Notes under the pieces: model-generated | Database searches by the model: none | What the model saw: only the letters and a program-made list of their open reading frames with translations | What the model was told of the DNA's origin: nothing | In this document: piece by piece, positions 28,357 through 37,183 of the stretch | Position numbering within the stretch: the stretch's first letter is position 1 | How the letters are laid out: each line of letters begins with the position of its first letter | IMG/VR virus record: IMGVR_UViG_2706796725_000001 | Coordinates: 18,439-82,438 of that record | DNA length: 64,000 nucleotides | Strand: one strand, 5' to 3' | Origin: a virus | Taxonomy: Duplodnaviria > Caudoviricetes | Program-made: the position numbers and the translations under genes

Positions 28357-29010
28357 ATGCCTAAGAAAAAAACCGTTGAACACAAGCTGGAAGATACACT
28401 GGATAATGACCTTTCCAAGACCCTTGATGAACTAGAACCTTTACCAAAGGAAGTGTTGGATTCATTGCCTGAGAAGACCTTGCCAAAACGTCCTACACGT
28501 AGCAATGGTAAGCACCCCAATTCACGCACAAAGAATCGTCTGAAATATACGATGTTCGATGTGAACAAACAACGAGAATTCCTTCGCCAGCTCTCTATGC
28601 ACGGCAACCTAACTACGGCAGCATCCTCTGTAGGGATCGTCCGTCAGACTGTGTACGAGCTGATGAAACGTGACCCAAAGTTCTCTGCACGTGTTGATAT
28701 TGCCCGAGCTAAAGCTGTTGGAGGATTGGAGAATGAATTGTATGATCGTATATTCAATGGGAATAAAGTGAAGGTGTATGATGGGGAAGGTAACCTAATC
28801 ACTGAAACCGTCAAGCATGATAATGCTCTGTTGTTGAAGGCATTGGAAGCGAATGATCGTGAACGTTATGGAAAGACGCCTTCTGGTGGTGTTACTGTGA
28901 ATGTAGATACAACCTCAAATGTAGCTAATAAACTGAGTCAGCTATTGGGGGTGGATGTGAATAGGGAAGACTTTGAAGGGGAGTGTAAGGATATTACACC
29001 TGATCAATAA
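28357..29010 (+). CDS. terS: Terminase small subunit
   Basis: HTH FLRQL..GNLTTAASSVGIVRQTVYEL..RDPKF...LENE, then NALLLKALEA...YG; typical TerS pattern. Confidence 0.7.
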   Translation: MPKKKTVEHKLEDTLDNDLSKTLDELEPLPKEVLDSLPEKTLPKRPTRSNGKHPNSRTKNRLKYTMFDVNKQREFLRQLSMHGNLTTAASSVGIVRQTVYELMKRDPKFSARVDIARAKAVGGLENELYDRIFNGNKVKVYDGEGNLITETVKHDNALLLKALEANDRERYGKTPSGGVTVNVDTTSNVANKLSQLLGVDVNREDFEGECKDITPDQ

Positions 29011-29042
29011 AAATAAAGGGGCTGTAATGCCCCCTATTTTGC
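29009..29042. terminator. Bidirectional terminator between convergent genes
   Basis: AAAAATAAAGGGGC-TGTAAT-GCCCCTATTTT. Confidence 0.7.
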
Positions 29043-29107
29043 TTTCTAAGCCGTTTTAACCTCAGCCCATCCTACCACACTCCTTAACCCAGAAAACGGC
29101 TTAGAAA
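29043..29107. repeat. 15-bp perfect inverted repeat with 35-nt core, copy B of the SGS-like family
   Basis: TTTCTAAGCCGTTTT ... AAAACGGCTTAGAAA; arms match those of 61456-61570. Confidence 0.8.
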
Positions 29108-29128
29108 CGATTCTGGAGCGTTCTAGGA

Positions 29129-29794
29129 CTATTCAATTCCCATCAACTGAAGCTTACGTGTTAATGTATCCCTTGCTTCCTTAATATCCTTCCAAGCAGG
29201 CTTACCACCTGTACGTACACCTGATAACAGAAGCTTCTTGCTTGCATGTTGAATGCAGCCAGACGGATCGTTAATAGGGAACAGGTCATGTACAGCATAT
29301 ACATCAATCTCTGATAAGTGTGATACGTCCTTGTAGTATTCTGGGTAGAGGTCTTTCATGGAAGTTGGTTTAGGGGTTTCTTCAATCTTCTTTACCTCAT
29401 GTAACCATAAAGAATGTTTGTTACCGTAATCATCGGCAAACCAAGGGGATCTACTATTTGTGTCCGATGTTAAGGTTACTAAGGTGCCAGCAGGTACAAC
29501 ACCCTCATCGTCACTGATTACCTCAAACTTATCCCCAATTTCATAACCGAGTTTCTGACAATGTGTTTTCTCTCCTTCAATTTTCTTGACATTATCCAAT
29601 TCCAAGTAAGTGCCCTCTTCACCGTCACAATGCTTATATTGTGAATTTAACCCCTTAAAAATGGGGCAATCAGAACCATCATCCTCATACAACTCTATGA
29701 TTGCACCTGGAGTGAAGCCTGCACTGCTTTCCAACACCTCAAACTTATCTCCAACTTTGTATCCTAATTCTTCACATGGCGTCATCTTAGTCAT
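29129..29794 (-). CDS. Hypothetical protein: two N-terminal repeat domains plus a DUF3310-like C-terminal domain
   Basis: TPCEELGYKVGDKFEV and THCQKLGYEIGDKFEV repeats; YYKDVSHL.EIDVY...HASKKLL...KDIKEARDTL. Confidence 0.7.
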   Translation of the reverse strand: MTKMTPCEELGYKVGDKFEVLESSAGFTPGAIIELYEDDGSDCPIFKGLNSQYKHCDGEEGTYLELDNVKKIEGEKTHCQKLGYEIGDKFEVISDDEGVVPAGTLVTLTSDTNSRSPWFADDYGNKHSLWLHEVKKIEETPKPTSMKDLYPEYYKDVSHLSEIDVYAVHDLFPINDPSGCIQHASKKLLLSGVRTGGKPAWKDIKEARDTLTRKLQLMGIE

Positions 29795-29795
29795 T

Positions 29796-30005
29796 TCAAA
29801 TTACTCCCAATTCAATTGATTTTTGCTTGATTGTATCCGCTTCACTCTGTGTAAGCGAAACACCTTCAGACATTATCTTGTTCAATAACATTCTTGTCAA
29901 GTTTTTCAACTCAGCATTTTGCATTTCCACTTTGACAGCATGTAACACCAGATCATTCAATCCATCTTCTACACGCTCACCATATCCGATTGCATCATTT
30001 AGCAT
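29796..30005 (-). CDS. Hypothetical protein
   Basis: 69 aa, coiled-coil-like. Confidence 0.6.
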   Translation of the reverse strand: MLNDAIGYGERVEDGLNDLVLHAVKVEMQNAELKNLTRMLLNKIMSEGVSLTQSEADTIKQKSIELGVI

Positions 30006-30210
30006 CTTCTTCCACCACTTTGTTCATTATCATTTTCAGGGAATGATTGGCAAACCCCACAGAAGATATGATCTGATCAACTTCTATGGCAAGACGTTCT
30101 TCGCCTAAATCCGAATACTCACATGCTGCAAATATCATATCGTCCAATGCAATCACTTTCGTATCCCCGATGAAGTAATTAGGGAGCCAACCAGATACAT
30201 TCCCATTCAT
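29995..30210 (-). CDS. Hypothetical protein
   Basis: 71 aa. Confidence 0.6.
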   Translation of the reverse strand: MNGNVSGWLPNYFIGDTKVIALDDMIFAACEYSDLGEERLAIEVDQIISSVGFANHSLKMIMNKVVEEDAK

Positions 30211-30539
30211 TCAACAACCTCACACAAAACCTTAGTGTGATACAGAACCTCAGCTTCTGTCCGAGTAGGGTTATCGTAGATATTATTTGTAATAGAATAC
30301 ATCATTTCAACATTTCGTCTAGGCATCTCACCTTCCCATTCATTTGCAATAAAGTTTAATACAAGACGTTCTGAAACACCTCGGTCATGTAATCGTTTAA
30401 CAGACTGAGAAATATTCTTCCAATAGGAGCATTCAAGACCCAACATCGAATGTGTTTCAGCAATAGCTGATTGTGTGGGAGTTAGGTTTATAGCTGCTGC
30501 CACGATAAGTGTTTTGATTGTTAGGCTGATTGGTTTCAT
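30207..30539 (-). CDS. Hypothetical exported protein
   Basis: Signal-peptide-like N-terminus; paired Cys. Confidence 0.6.
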   Translation of the reverse strand: MKPISLTIKTLIVAAAINLTPTQSAIAETHSMLGLECSYWKNISQSVKRLHDRGVSERLVLNFIANEWEGEMPRRNVEMMYSITNNIYDNPTRTEAEVLYHTKVLCEVVE

Positions 30540-30542
30540 TTT

Positions 30543-30989
30543 TCATACTCCAAGGTTATTGATTTTTTCTGTGATTTTGTTCATTTCTTCTTTCAGGGAT
30601 TCAAGTTTAGCTTGTAGTTCTTGTTTCTGTTGTTCAGCTTTGGTACGACTGACGAGTTTGTATTCTCTATTTTCAAACCAAGATGGGTCTGGAGTTTCTG
30701 TCCAAGTTTCTCCATACTTAACCATACAGATAAGGTCTGAATCATTAGCCCACTGGATGATCAGGTCGGCGTGTGGGCGGCGGTTTGTAGATTCTTTTTC
30801 GATCTTCTCAACTTCAAACAGATGGATACGGCTACTGCACCAAGAGTCTTTTACCTTGAAGTATGGCATATTGGTTCCATCGTCTTCATCAAGTGTTACA
30901 ATATCTCCTTTCGAATAGTGGTACTCAGTGTCGGCTACAATCACAAACTTGTCCCCAACCTTATATCCCAATTCTTCACATGGTGTCAT
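30543..30989 (-). CDS. Hypothetical protein with the same N-terminal repeat domain
   Basis: MTPCEELGYKVGDKF...; C-terminal PHADLIIQWA domain and coiled coil. Confidence 0.75.
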   Translation of the reverse strand: MTPCEELGYKVGDKFVIVADTEYHYSKGDIVTLDEDDGTNMPYFKVKDSWCSSRIHLFEVEKIEKESTNRRPHADLIIQWANDSDLICMVKYGETWTETPDPSWFENREYKLVSRTKAEQQKQELQAKLESLKEEMNKITEKINNLGV

Positions 30990-31036
30990 TTCTATTTCCT
31001 CTTCATTTGGTCAACAATGGCCTCAGACTACTTCAA

Positions 31037-31279
31037 TCAATTCCCCTTGTCAACATCTCTACCACACAAATATTCATCAAATTCCTCCAGCATATCCCAC
31101 GCATCATCATTGAGCAGGTAGTGTTTAGGTAAGTCTTTGTGTGTAGATAGTTTGATAGCAGTCTTACCTGCTTTGATTGTAAAGGGGTTCTTCTTGGATG
31201 TGTTGCTGGAAAGTGTGTAGGACGATTGTGAGCAGAAGTCTTCAAGGGAGTCTAATTGAGACTTTAGGATGTATGGCAT
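31037..31279 (-). CDS. Hypothetical protein
   Basis: 80 aa from ATG 31279, RBS GAGG. Confidence 0.6.
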   Translation of the reverse strand: MPYILKSQLDSLEDFCSQSSYTLSSNTSKKNPFTIKAGKTAIKLSTHKDLPKHYLLNDDAWDMLEEFDEYLCGRDVDKGN

Positions 31280-31346
31280 GATTGTTCCTCTTGTTTGTTG
31301 TGTGTTTAGTTGCAGACAAGAGTGTAGAACATAATAACCCACAGAT

Positions 31347-31380
31347 ACAAAAAAAGGGGGGGGCGTATAAGCCCCTTATT
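31347..31380 (-). terminator. Terminator ending the late/lysis transcript
   Basis: GGGGC-TTATAC-GCCCC followed by a T-run on the minus strand. Confidence 0.7.
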
Positions 31381-31399
31381 CCCTTTCACAGATTCTTTT

Positions 31400-31855
31400 C
31401 TATTCAGCCAAACCAACATGCTTTCTTCGATCTTCACAACAACTTCCTGTAAAACCAACCCACTGCAACCCTACACGTATTGATGTAATCACACAAATGT
31501 AACAGATAACATTCATGTAATCGAATATAAGCCATAACACACTATTGGATGTTCCTACAATCTCATTCTTATCTGTTACAATCCAATCCCATTGTAGGAA
31601 CAGGAAGATTATACACAACCTAATAATACTCACCAATGTCACACGTATCACTTTGCAAATGTCAGCTCTGGAATAGTCTGTATGCCGTCTCATCTTAGGA
31701 TGAGGTTTGAACAGATTCTTTTCAGAGAACGTGAACCACAACAGGCGTAATGCCATCAATGAAGCAAACACATACAATACAAGATTAACTGTGTGGAAGA
31801 TGTACATGCGATTATCAACACCCAGTAATTTATAGAATATCTCTAAATAATCCAT
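31400..31855 (-). CDS. Multi-pass membrane protein (holin/antiholin candidate)
   Basis: 3-4 hydrophobic segments; lysis-gene context. Confidence 0.6.
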   Translation of the reverse strand: MDYLEIFYKLLGVDNRMYIFHTVNLVLYVFASLMALRLLWFTFSEKNLFKPHPKMRRHTDYSRADICKVIRVTLVSIIRLCIIFLFLQWDWIVTDKNEIVGTSNSVLWLIFDYMNVICYICVITSIRVGLQWVGFTGSCCEDRRKHVGLAE

Positions 31856-31856
31856 A

Positions 31857-32162
31857 TCATCCTCCGAATAGGTGTAGTAACACCATCCCTATCCCAACAC
31901 TTGCAATCAACATAGCCACACTCTTAACAGCATTTATGATCAGGGAATTGTTGGATAGTTGCCTCTTGATTTCCCCTTGTTCCTTTTCCAATTCTTTAAT
32001 ACGGGGATGGATGTCATCTGTTAACATCTTCAATGTTAGGTTGATTAGCTGTGTATTGGTTACGAGTTCTTGAAGTGTTTGTTGCATAGCTACATCTGCC
32101 TTACGTAGCTCACTGTTTGACTCTTCCAATCGTTCTAATCTGTGGTTAATGTCCTCACTCAT
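31857..32162 (-). CDS. Holin-like protein (coiled coil plus C-terminal TM)
   Basis: RLERLEE coiled coil and terminal hydrophobic helix. Confidence 0.55.
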   Translation of the reverse strand: MSEDINHRLERLEESNSELRKADVAMQQTLQELVTNTQLINLTLKMLTDDIHPRIKELEKEQGEIKRQLSNNSLIINAVKSVAMLIASVGIGMVLLHLFGG

Positions 32163-32212
32163 TCCATCCCCTTAATAATTAAATGTTATAATAATGAATA
32201 ATTATATAGACA

Positions 32213-32461
32213 TTATCCACCCTTCTTGTATTCGTTAATTGCATTGATTAAGCCTTGCTTGCTTACCCTGCATTCGTTGTATAAACCGTAGTCTTCAATA
32301 CCTTGCAGGATGTAATCTCCTAAAGATATTTCACCATTGATTAGGGTGAGAGGGGGACATGGCTGCATCAGAGAAGCATCTATGTTCAATACTCTTGTCT
32401 GTTGTGTGGTGGAACAGGCTGTTAGCAGTATCGCTACAAATAATATTAATACAATTTTCAT
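32213..32461 (-). CDS. Outer-membrane spanin (Rz1-like lipoprotein)
   Basis: Lipobox LLTAC; LMQPCPPL; second Cys. Confidence 0.8.
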   Translation of the reverse strand: MKIVLILFVAILLTACSTTQQTRVLNIDASLMQPCPPLTLINGEISLGDYILQGIEDYGLYNECRVSKQGLINAINEYKKGG

Positions 32462-32778
32462 CCTCCAACCCTCGCTCTATTGATTAGATTAATCCCCTCT
32501 ATTGGAATAATACATTCGTTGTAGATTGGCTTCTCCAATATCTCTGTACGTGTTTCATTGTATATGTTTCTATTCTCTATACGGATATTAGAAATAGCCT
32601 CTTGTGTTTGCATGGAGATATCGTAGAGGGCATTATCAATACGTCTCTGAGCTTCTATTTGCGTCTCTAAGCGTATCCTCTCATCATTCCCTAGTTTCCA
32701 TTGGGATACGGTGAAACCTCCTATGAAAGCTGCTATGAGGGCTGAGACGTATATGTATGGCATGAATTTCTTAAACAT
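32458..32778 (-). CDS. Inner-membrane spanin (Rz-like)
   Basis: N-terminal TM, coiled coil, C-terminal ECII; overlaps the o-spanin gene. Confidence 0.78.
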   Translation of the reverse strand: MFKKFMPYIYVSALIAAFIGGFTVSQWKLGNDERIRLETQIEAQRRIDNALYDISMQTQEAISNIRIENRNIYNETRTEILEKPIYNECIIPIEGINLINRARVGG

Positions 32779-32812
32779 GGTTATCTCCAGATTGTTGATA
32801 ATATTTCAGACA

Positions 32813-32838
32813 AGAAAAAGCCCCGATTAAGGGGCTTG
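32813..32838 (-). terminator. Terminator (GCCCC-N6-GGGGC family)
   Basis: AAGCCCCTTAATCGGGGCTTTTTCTT. Confidence 0.8.
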
Positions 32839-32866
32839 CTGAGTACCCAATTAATTATCAACACCT

Positions 32867-32974
32867 TTACAGTGGTACTGGTTTGCACCCTGATTCGTCG
32901 TTCCGGCCCAGCAGCAGCGCGGCATTGACGCCGCAGCTGAGCCAGTCGAGGATGGTTAGGATGTAGGTGAGCAT
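32867..32974 (-). pseudogene. 35-aa remnant of a gene paralogous to 35488-35811
   Basis: MLTYILTILDWLSCGVNAALLLGRNDES resembles YL..I.IA.DQL.N.L...G..DETIS; GC-rich and truncated. Confidence 0.55.
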
Positions 32975-32975
32975 G

Positions 32976-35096
32976 TTAGTCTCCTAGCGTAATACCAAGC
33001 ACATCCGCATACGCCGGGATTGCGTAATCTGCGATCTGAGCAAAACCAGTCTCACTGGGATGCACTCCATCCAGCGTGTCGATACCAGCCCATTCCGATG
33101 TATCAATAAATATGACGTTCGGATCATCCAGCGCTGTCACAATTTGCTCAATATCTCCGTTTTGTGATGGCCATGTCTCAGACCCCTCAGGCAAGACGCC
33201 ACGGCAGAGGACGGTTTTATACTCAGCCAGCAGCAGATTGATTATCGCCAGATAATTGTCTTTTTTGGTTTGATCCCAGGCTGAGCCTACATCATTGCGT
33301 CCAATTGCCAGCACAGCAACGTCAGCCTGATCGTCAGGGATGCGTTGAGCCAGTGCGGCAGGCAGGCGAGTCAGTAAGTCGGCAATGGTATTACCAGAGA
33401 CCCCTGAGGTTGATCCTGCATATCCCAGTCGAGCAGCAGCGCGCATAGTATCCACGCGGCCCAGATCGCCTGTAGACTGAGTAATAGAGTCACCGTACTG
33501 GTCCATACGTCCTATTGCATCAAGCGGTAGTAATGACTGATCAGGCGCAACTGCAAAGCCCATGCCGCTAGGCCTAGCTGAGTTATCGAGCCACACATTG
33601 TAGCTATGCTGGCCTGCTGGAAGTCCTGTAATTGAAACAATCTGTCCAGCCGCAACTGTCTGACCAGTCTCAATTTTATCTACTATGGTGCCATCAACTG
33701 AGTACCAGACTGTGGGTGCATGTGTGTAGACCTTGATCTCGCTTACATTCTCAGACGTGAATCGAATTGTAGGTACTGATGATCCGTTATCTGACGTAGT
33801 ACCTCTCAGTATTGGCTGGCGTTCAAACCCTGCCACACTACCAATGACCGCTGATGTGATCCAGTTTGTATCGTCGAATGCATTCAACCAGCTCGGAATA
33901 GCGATAGCCGGATCTACACCCGTTACCTCTAGGCACGGCCCTGATTTTGGGAATCCTGAGTTATTGCCGTAGGCGTTACCAATTCGGATTTTTACCAGTC
34001 TGCGGGACTGTGCGCCTTCAAAAATTTTGAACTTGTTGGGATCAACAACCTCCGGCAAAAACTCTGCACCGCCGTCGATTGAAATCAGTAGACGGTTATG
34101 GTCAGACGCAGATCCTCCTGCGTATACATACGCCTCAGTGCCGTCGATATAGCCGATCCATGCAGAGCGTCCGCCAGCCATCAAATATACGCGATTAGCA
34201 TCCCTGTCGAGATCGACCGGCCCGACAATACCCGACTGAAAATCATCAATGCTCATTGTTATAGTTGATGGCTCGGCTGGCTCTTCCGCCTCATTCGTCC
34301 GCACAGTCAACGATCCCCACGGCGACCAGTTACCCTGGCCGTCACCAGCACGGACTTCGACCAAATAATCGGTGTCCGCATCCAGCCCGGTAAACTCAGC
34401 CTCAGTGACACTGCTGGTGCCAGCCTCGCCGCCGTTGATGCGTACCTCAAACAGCTCCAGATCGTCTGGGTCATCCCAGGACACGATGATCGTCGTATCC
34501 GTCTTGCTAACCTCGGTCAGTGTCGGTGGGGTGTACACTGGTATAATAACCTCATCCGTCCTTACCACCAACACCAAACTCATAGGAGACCAATTCCCTT
34601 CACCATCACCAACTCTGGCTGCAAAGCTATACTCCGTATCTGCTTGCAATCCAGTCAAACCCCAAGTGAACAAACTTCCCTGACTAATCAGCTCGCCATT
34701 TTGATACAGTTCAACCTCAGACATACCATCTGGATTAGTTGAGGCTAAGTTAATAGTTGTAGAAGTCTTGCTAACAACAGATAATACGGGACGTGTTAAT
34801 CTGCCAGTTGTAATACCAATCGTAGCAAACCGACTCTCCTTACCACCACCTTCAGCCTTAACCTGAACACTATTAAGCTGCCCAGACGTTAATCCTGTGA
34901 ATGTATATTCAAAAATGTTTCCAGAAGCCACTTGAACACCATTACGAAGCACAACATAATTTGTTGCCCCAGCTACGGCATCCCAAGCAATAGTCGCTTC
35001 CGTAATACCTCGGTTAGTGATCCTTGGAGAAGGTCTTGCCAATTTATCTACAGGGAATACTTGTGGAAATCCCCCTTCACCATAAGGGAATGTCAT
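32976..35096 (-). CDS. Virion-associated protein with three FN3 domains and a C-terminal SGNH/GDSL esterase
   Basis: Three FN3 repeats (I.WD...Y.V.V.A...WS); SGNH blocks GDSIT, GVSG, IGRND and DGVHP. Confidence 0.85.
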   Translation of the reverse strand: MTFPYGEGGFPQVFPVDKLARPSPRITNRGITEATIAWDAVAGATNYVVLRNGVQVASGNIFEYTFTGLTSGQLNSVQVKAEGGGKESRFATIGITTGRLTRPVLSVVSKTSTTINLASTNPDGMSEVELYQNGELISQGSLFTWGLTGLQADTEYSFAARVGDGEGNWSPMSLVLVVRTDEVIIPVYTPPTLTEVSKTDTTIIVSWDDPDDLELFEVRINGGEAGTSSVTEAEFTGLDADTDYLVEVRAGDGQGNWSPWGSLTVRTNEAEEPAEPSTITMSIDDFQSGIVGPVDLDRDANRVYLMAGGRSAWIGYIDGTEAYVYAGGSASDHNRLLISIDGGAEFLPEVVDPNKFKIFEGAQSRRLVKIRIGNAYGNNSGFPKSGPCLEVTGVDPAIAIPSWLNAFDDTNWITSAVIGSVAGFERQPILRGTTSDNGSSVPTIRFTSENVSEIKVYTHAPTVWYSVDGTIVDKIETGQTVAAGQIVSITGLPAGQHSYNVWLDNSARPSGMGFAVAPDQSLLPLDAIGRMDQYGDSITQSTGDLGRVDTMRAAARLGYAGSTSGVSGNTIADLLTRLPAALAQRIPDDQADVAVLAIGRNDVGSAWDQTKKDNYLAIINLLLAEYKTVLCRGVLPEGSETWPSQNGDIEQIVTALDDPNVIFIDTSEWAGIDTLDGVHPSETGFAQIADYAIPAYADVLGITLGD

Positions 35097-35350
35097 TGTA
35101 TCACCTCCACCTCTGTAACTATCAGGGCCACTTTATCCGCCAAAGAACTCGGCAACACTTTAATATAAACATTATCTTCACCCGGATAGGCAATATTACC
35201 TTTCTCCAAATGTACTGCGGCATCTGGAGTTGGAGCTGTATCTGAATAATGTGCCAATACGCCATCATTGTTGGCAATTTGAATTCTACCCGGTCCTGAT
35301 AAAACCAGATGAAATTCATCATCTTTTGGTATTACAACTTCTGTAGTCAT
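35093..35350 (-). CDS. Hypothetical (putative virion) protein
   Basis: 85 aa from ATG 35350, RBS GAGGA. Confidence 0.65.
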   Translation of the reverse strand: MTTEVVIPKDDEFHLVLSGPGRIQIANNDGVLAHYSDTAPTPDAAVHLEKGNIAYPGEDNVYIKVLPSSLADKVALIVTEVEVIQ

Positions 35351-35424
35351 TAGGAATTCCTCTAATATGTTGTGAACGTTCAAGCGAATAGGACAATATT
35401 AGGGAGAGGACTGTATATACCTGT

Positions 35425-35530
35425 AAGGCTCTGTATTGTGTTCTGTGACGATTTAACACCACCCCATACAATCTCCCTAATTGGCCCTTAAAACCTATCA
35501 GGAGGCATTCTGAGGGCTTCTGGAGCATCT
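35425..35530. repeat. Copy C of the SGS-like family
   Basis: TCTGTGACGATTTAACACCACCCCAT versus TCTAAGACGTTTTAGCACCAACCCAT at ~61478. Confidence 0.55.
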
Positions 35531-35811
35531 TTATAATGACTAGGAAGCTGATGCTTATCCCATTCAGCCATATAGGATAAATAGCAATGTAATCCCTTAT
35601 CCCAGAAGAATAGAATATCCAATGCTTCCTGCATCCCTCTCCAAAACCATGTCGTCTCACGTAATCGCCAACACCTTGCTGAGATTGTTTCGTCAGCATA
35701 TCCCCAACCATACCCATAATGCTCTTTATCATGTGAAGAGTAGATTAAGCAATTAACAAGCTGATCTACAGCAATAAATATCTGTCTCAAATACTTCAGG
35801 AATGTTCTCAT
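35488..35811 (-). CDS. Conserved phage hypothetical protein
   Basis: YLRQIFIAVDQLVN...DETISARCWR...HC..SY motif. Confidence 0.75.
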   Translation of the reverse strand: MRTFLKYLRQIFIAVDQLVNCLIYSSHDKEHYGYGWGYADETISARCWRLRETTWFWRGMQEALDILFFWDKGLHCYLSYMAEWDKHQLPSHYKDAPEALRMPPDRF

Positions 35812-35821
35812 CAGAATTTCC

Positions 35822-36511
35822 TCAGCTATTGTAGGCAAGTGCCTTCAGTTTGTTATATTCAGATAACGCACGTTCAAATCGTATGCGTCTATCTTCCAGT
35901 CCTATTGTACCACCATTAATCTGACGTGTAACTTGAACAATATCTGTTCCCTTAGTCCTTACAGAAAAATACCAGCAGGCGGCTTTCATTCCTACATATT
36001 TATCTGTAGATAGCAGAGATGGGTTATTGACTAAATCTTCTCCAATAGCTTCACCGCATACTTGATAATTGTATCGTCCTGTGATCTGCTTTGGGCCTTG
36101 TCCACGGTAATCCCAACCATCATTGGGGTGAATGTTTCCTAGATTACGTCTGCCCCAATCTCCACCGTAAAGGATGTTGGCAAGCATTTGTTGGTTGGCT
36201 GGTTGCCCAGCCTTCCTTCCGTATTTATCGGCATCAGCTTCCGAGATACGATGTCTCCCAAACAATGATAGTAAAGCCTCTACAGAGTAATTCAGATTCT
36301 CTGATAGTCTGTTCATATCATTTGATTCGTGGGCTATCTGAGCAAGGAACATACAGAAACGTTCATCGTAAATATTCCACTCACGTGTAGACGTGATGAT
36401 TGGGTCACGCCATTCTTCAATGTTGATACGTGGGGCTGCTGCAAGAATAATCTTATCAATATGTTCGTGCATTGGGATCAGGAAATCTGGGGAAGGGGTT
36501 TTGTCAGTCAT
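35822..36511 (-). CDS. Endolysin, glycoside hydrolase family 19 (chitinase-like)
   Basis: FLAQIAHES, ENLNYS, YRGQGPKQITGRYNY and INGGTIGLEDR motifs. Confidence 0.92.
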   Translation of the reverse strand: MTDKTPSPDFLIPMHEHIDKIILAAAPRINIEEWRDPIITSTREWNIYDERFCMFLAQIAHESNDMNRLSENLNYSVEALLSLFGRHRISEADADKYGRKAGQPANQQMLANILYGGDWGRRNLGNIHPNDGWDYRGQGPKQITGRYNYQVCGEAIGEDLVNNPSLLSTDKYVGMKAACWYFSVRTKGTDIVQVTRQINGGTIGLEDRRIRFERALSEYNKLKALAYNS

Positions 36512-36517
36512 AAATTT

Positions 36518-36538
36518 CTCCTATATCTTATATAGGAG
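36518..36538 (-). promoter_or_regulatory. Hairpin sequestering the endolysin RBS
   Basis: CTCCTATAT-AAG-ATATAGGAG; the AGGAG is 7 nt before the ATG. Confidence 0.7.
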
Positions 36539-36551
36539 GATTGACAATAAT

Positions 36552-36818
36552 TTAGGGACGTTTGGTTACATCATCATACGTGGCTAAACCTAGATAGCCT
36601 AGAATGATGGAGAAATTCCCACCAATAATCGTGATAGCAATAGAATTGAATTGCTGAAGTATTTCTGCCTGAGATGGGTCAAGAAAGAAAGCCGACAGCA
36701 TGTAGAACAGGATTATCGTTGTATTTGTAATAACGGAAGATATAGTTATTCTACGTCTGACATTCCAACGCTTATAATCTCGTTCTAATTCTAATCGGCT
36801 TCTTTCTTCTGTGGTCAT
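36552..36818 (-). CDS. Putative holin (2 TM)
   Basis: Two hydrophobic helices, directly upstream of the endolysin gene. Confidence 0.65.
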   Translation of the reverse strand: MTTEERSRLELERDYKRWNVRRRITISSVITNTTIILFYMLSAFFLDPSQAEILQQFNSIAITIIGGNFSIILGYLGLATYDDVTKRP

Positions 36819-37183
36819 TATTCAGGCCAGCTTATATTGTCCACCTCTTCTTTAGAGATGGCGGCAAGAATAGCATCCTTCATCATTCTACCTTTGAATA
36901 TACATTCACGCTTATGTTCTGCAACCTCTTTAGCGAAGGTGACAAATTCTTCTGGAGCGAATGTTATTACAGAATTATCAGCAGCAATCCAACTAACATC
37001 TTCATCTGAACCCAGTGATATTTCCAAGGCTTGCCCTAATATATTTTCACGATCTTCTGGACGAGTTTGGAATTCTACATCATTGTAGGTGAAGGTGAGC
37101 AGTTTGGAGTCACGTAGACTATTTACAGTAGATATTTTAATCTCTTTATACTTGTCAAGGTTTACACCTATATTAAAACTCAT
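36818..37183 (-). CDS. DUF4376-like tail-fibre-associated protein
   Basis: RDSKLL.F...FQT...WIAADN..I...EF...A...IF..R.MK..I pattern. Confidence 0.7.
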   Translation of the reverse strand: MSFNIGVNLDKYKEIKISTVNSLRDSKLLTFTYNDVEFQTRPEDRENILGQALEISLGSDEDVSWIAADNSVITFAPEEFVTFAKEVAEHKRECIFKGRMMKDAILAAISKEEVDNISWPE

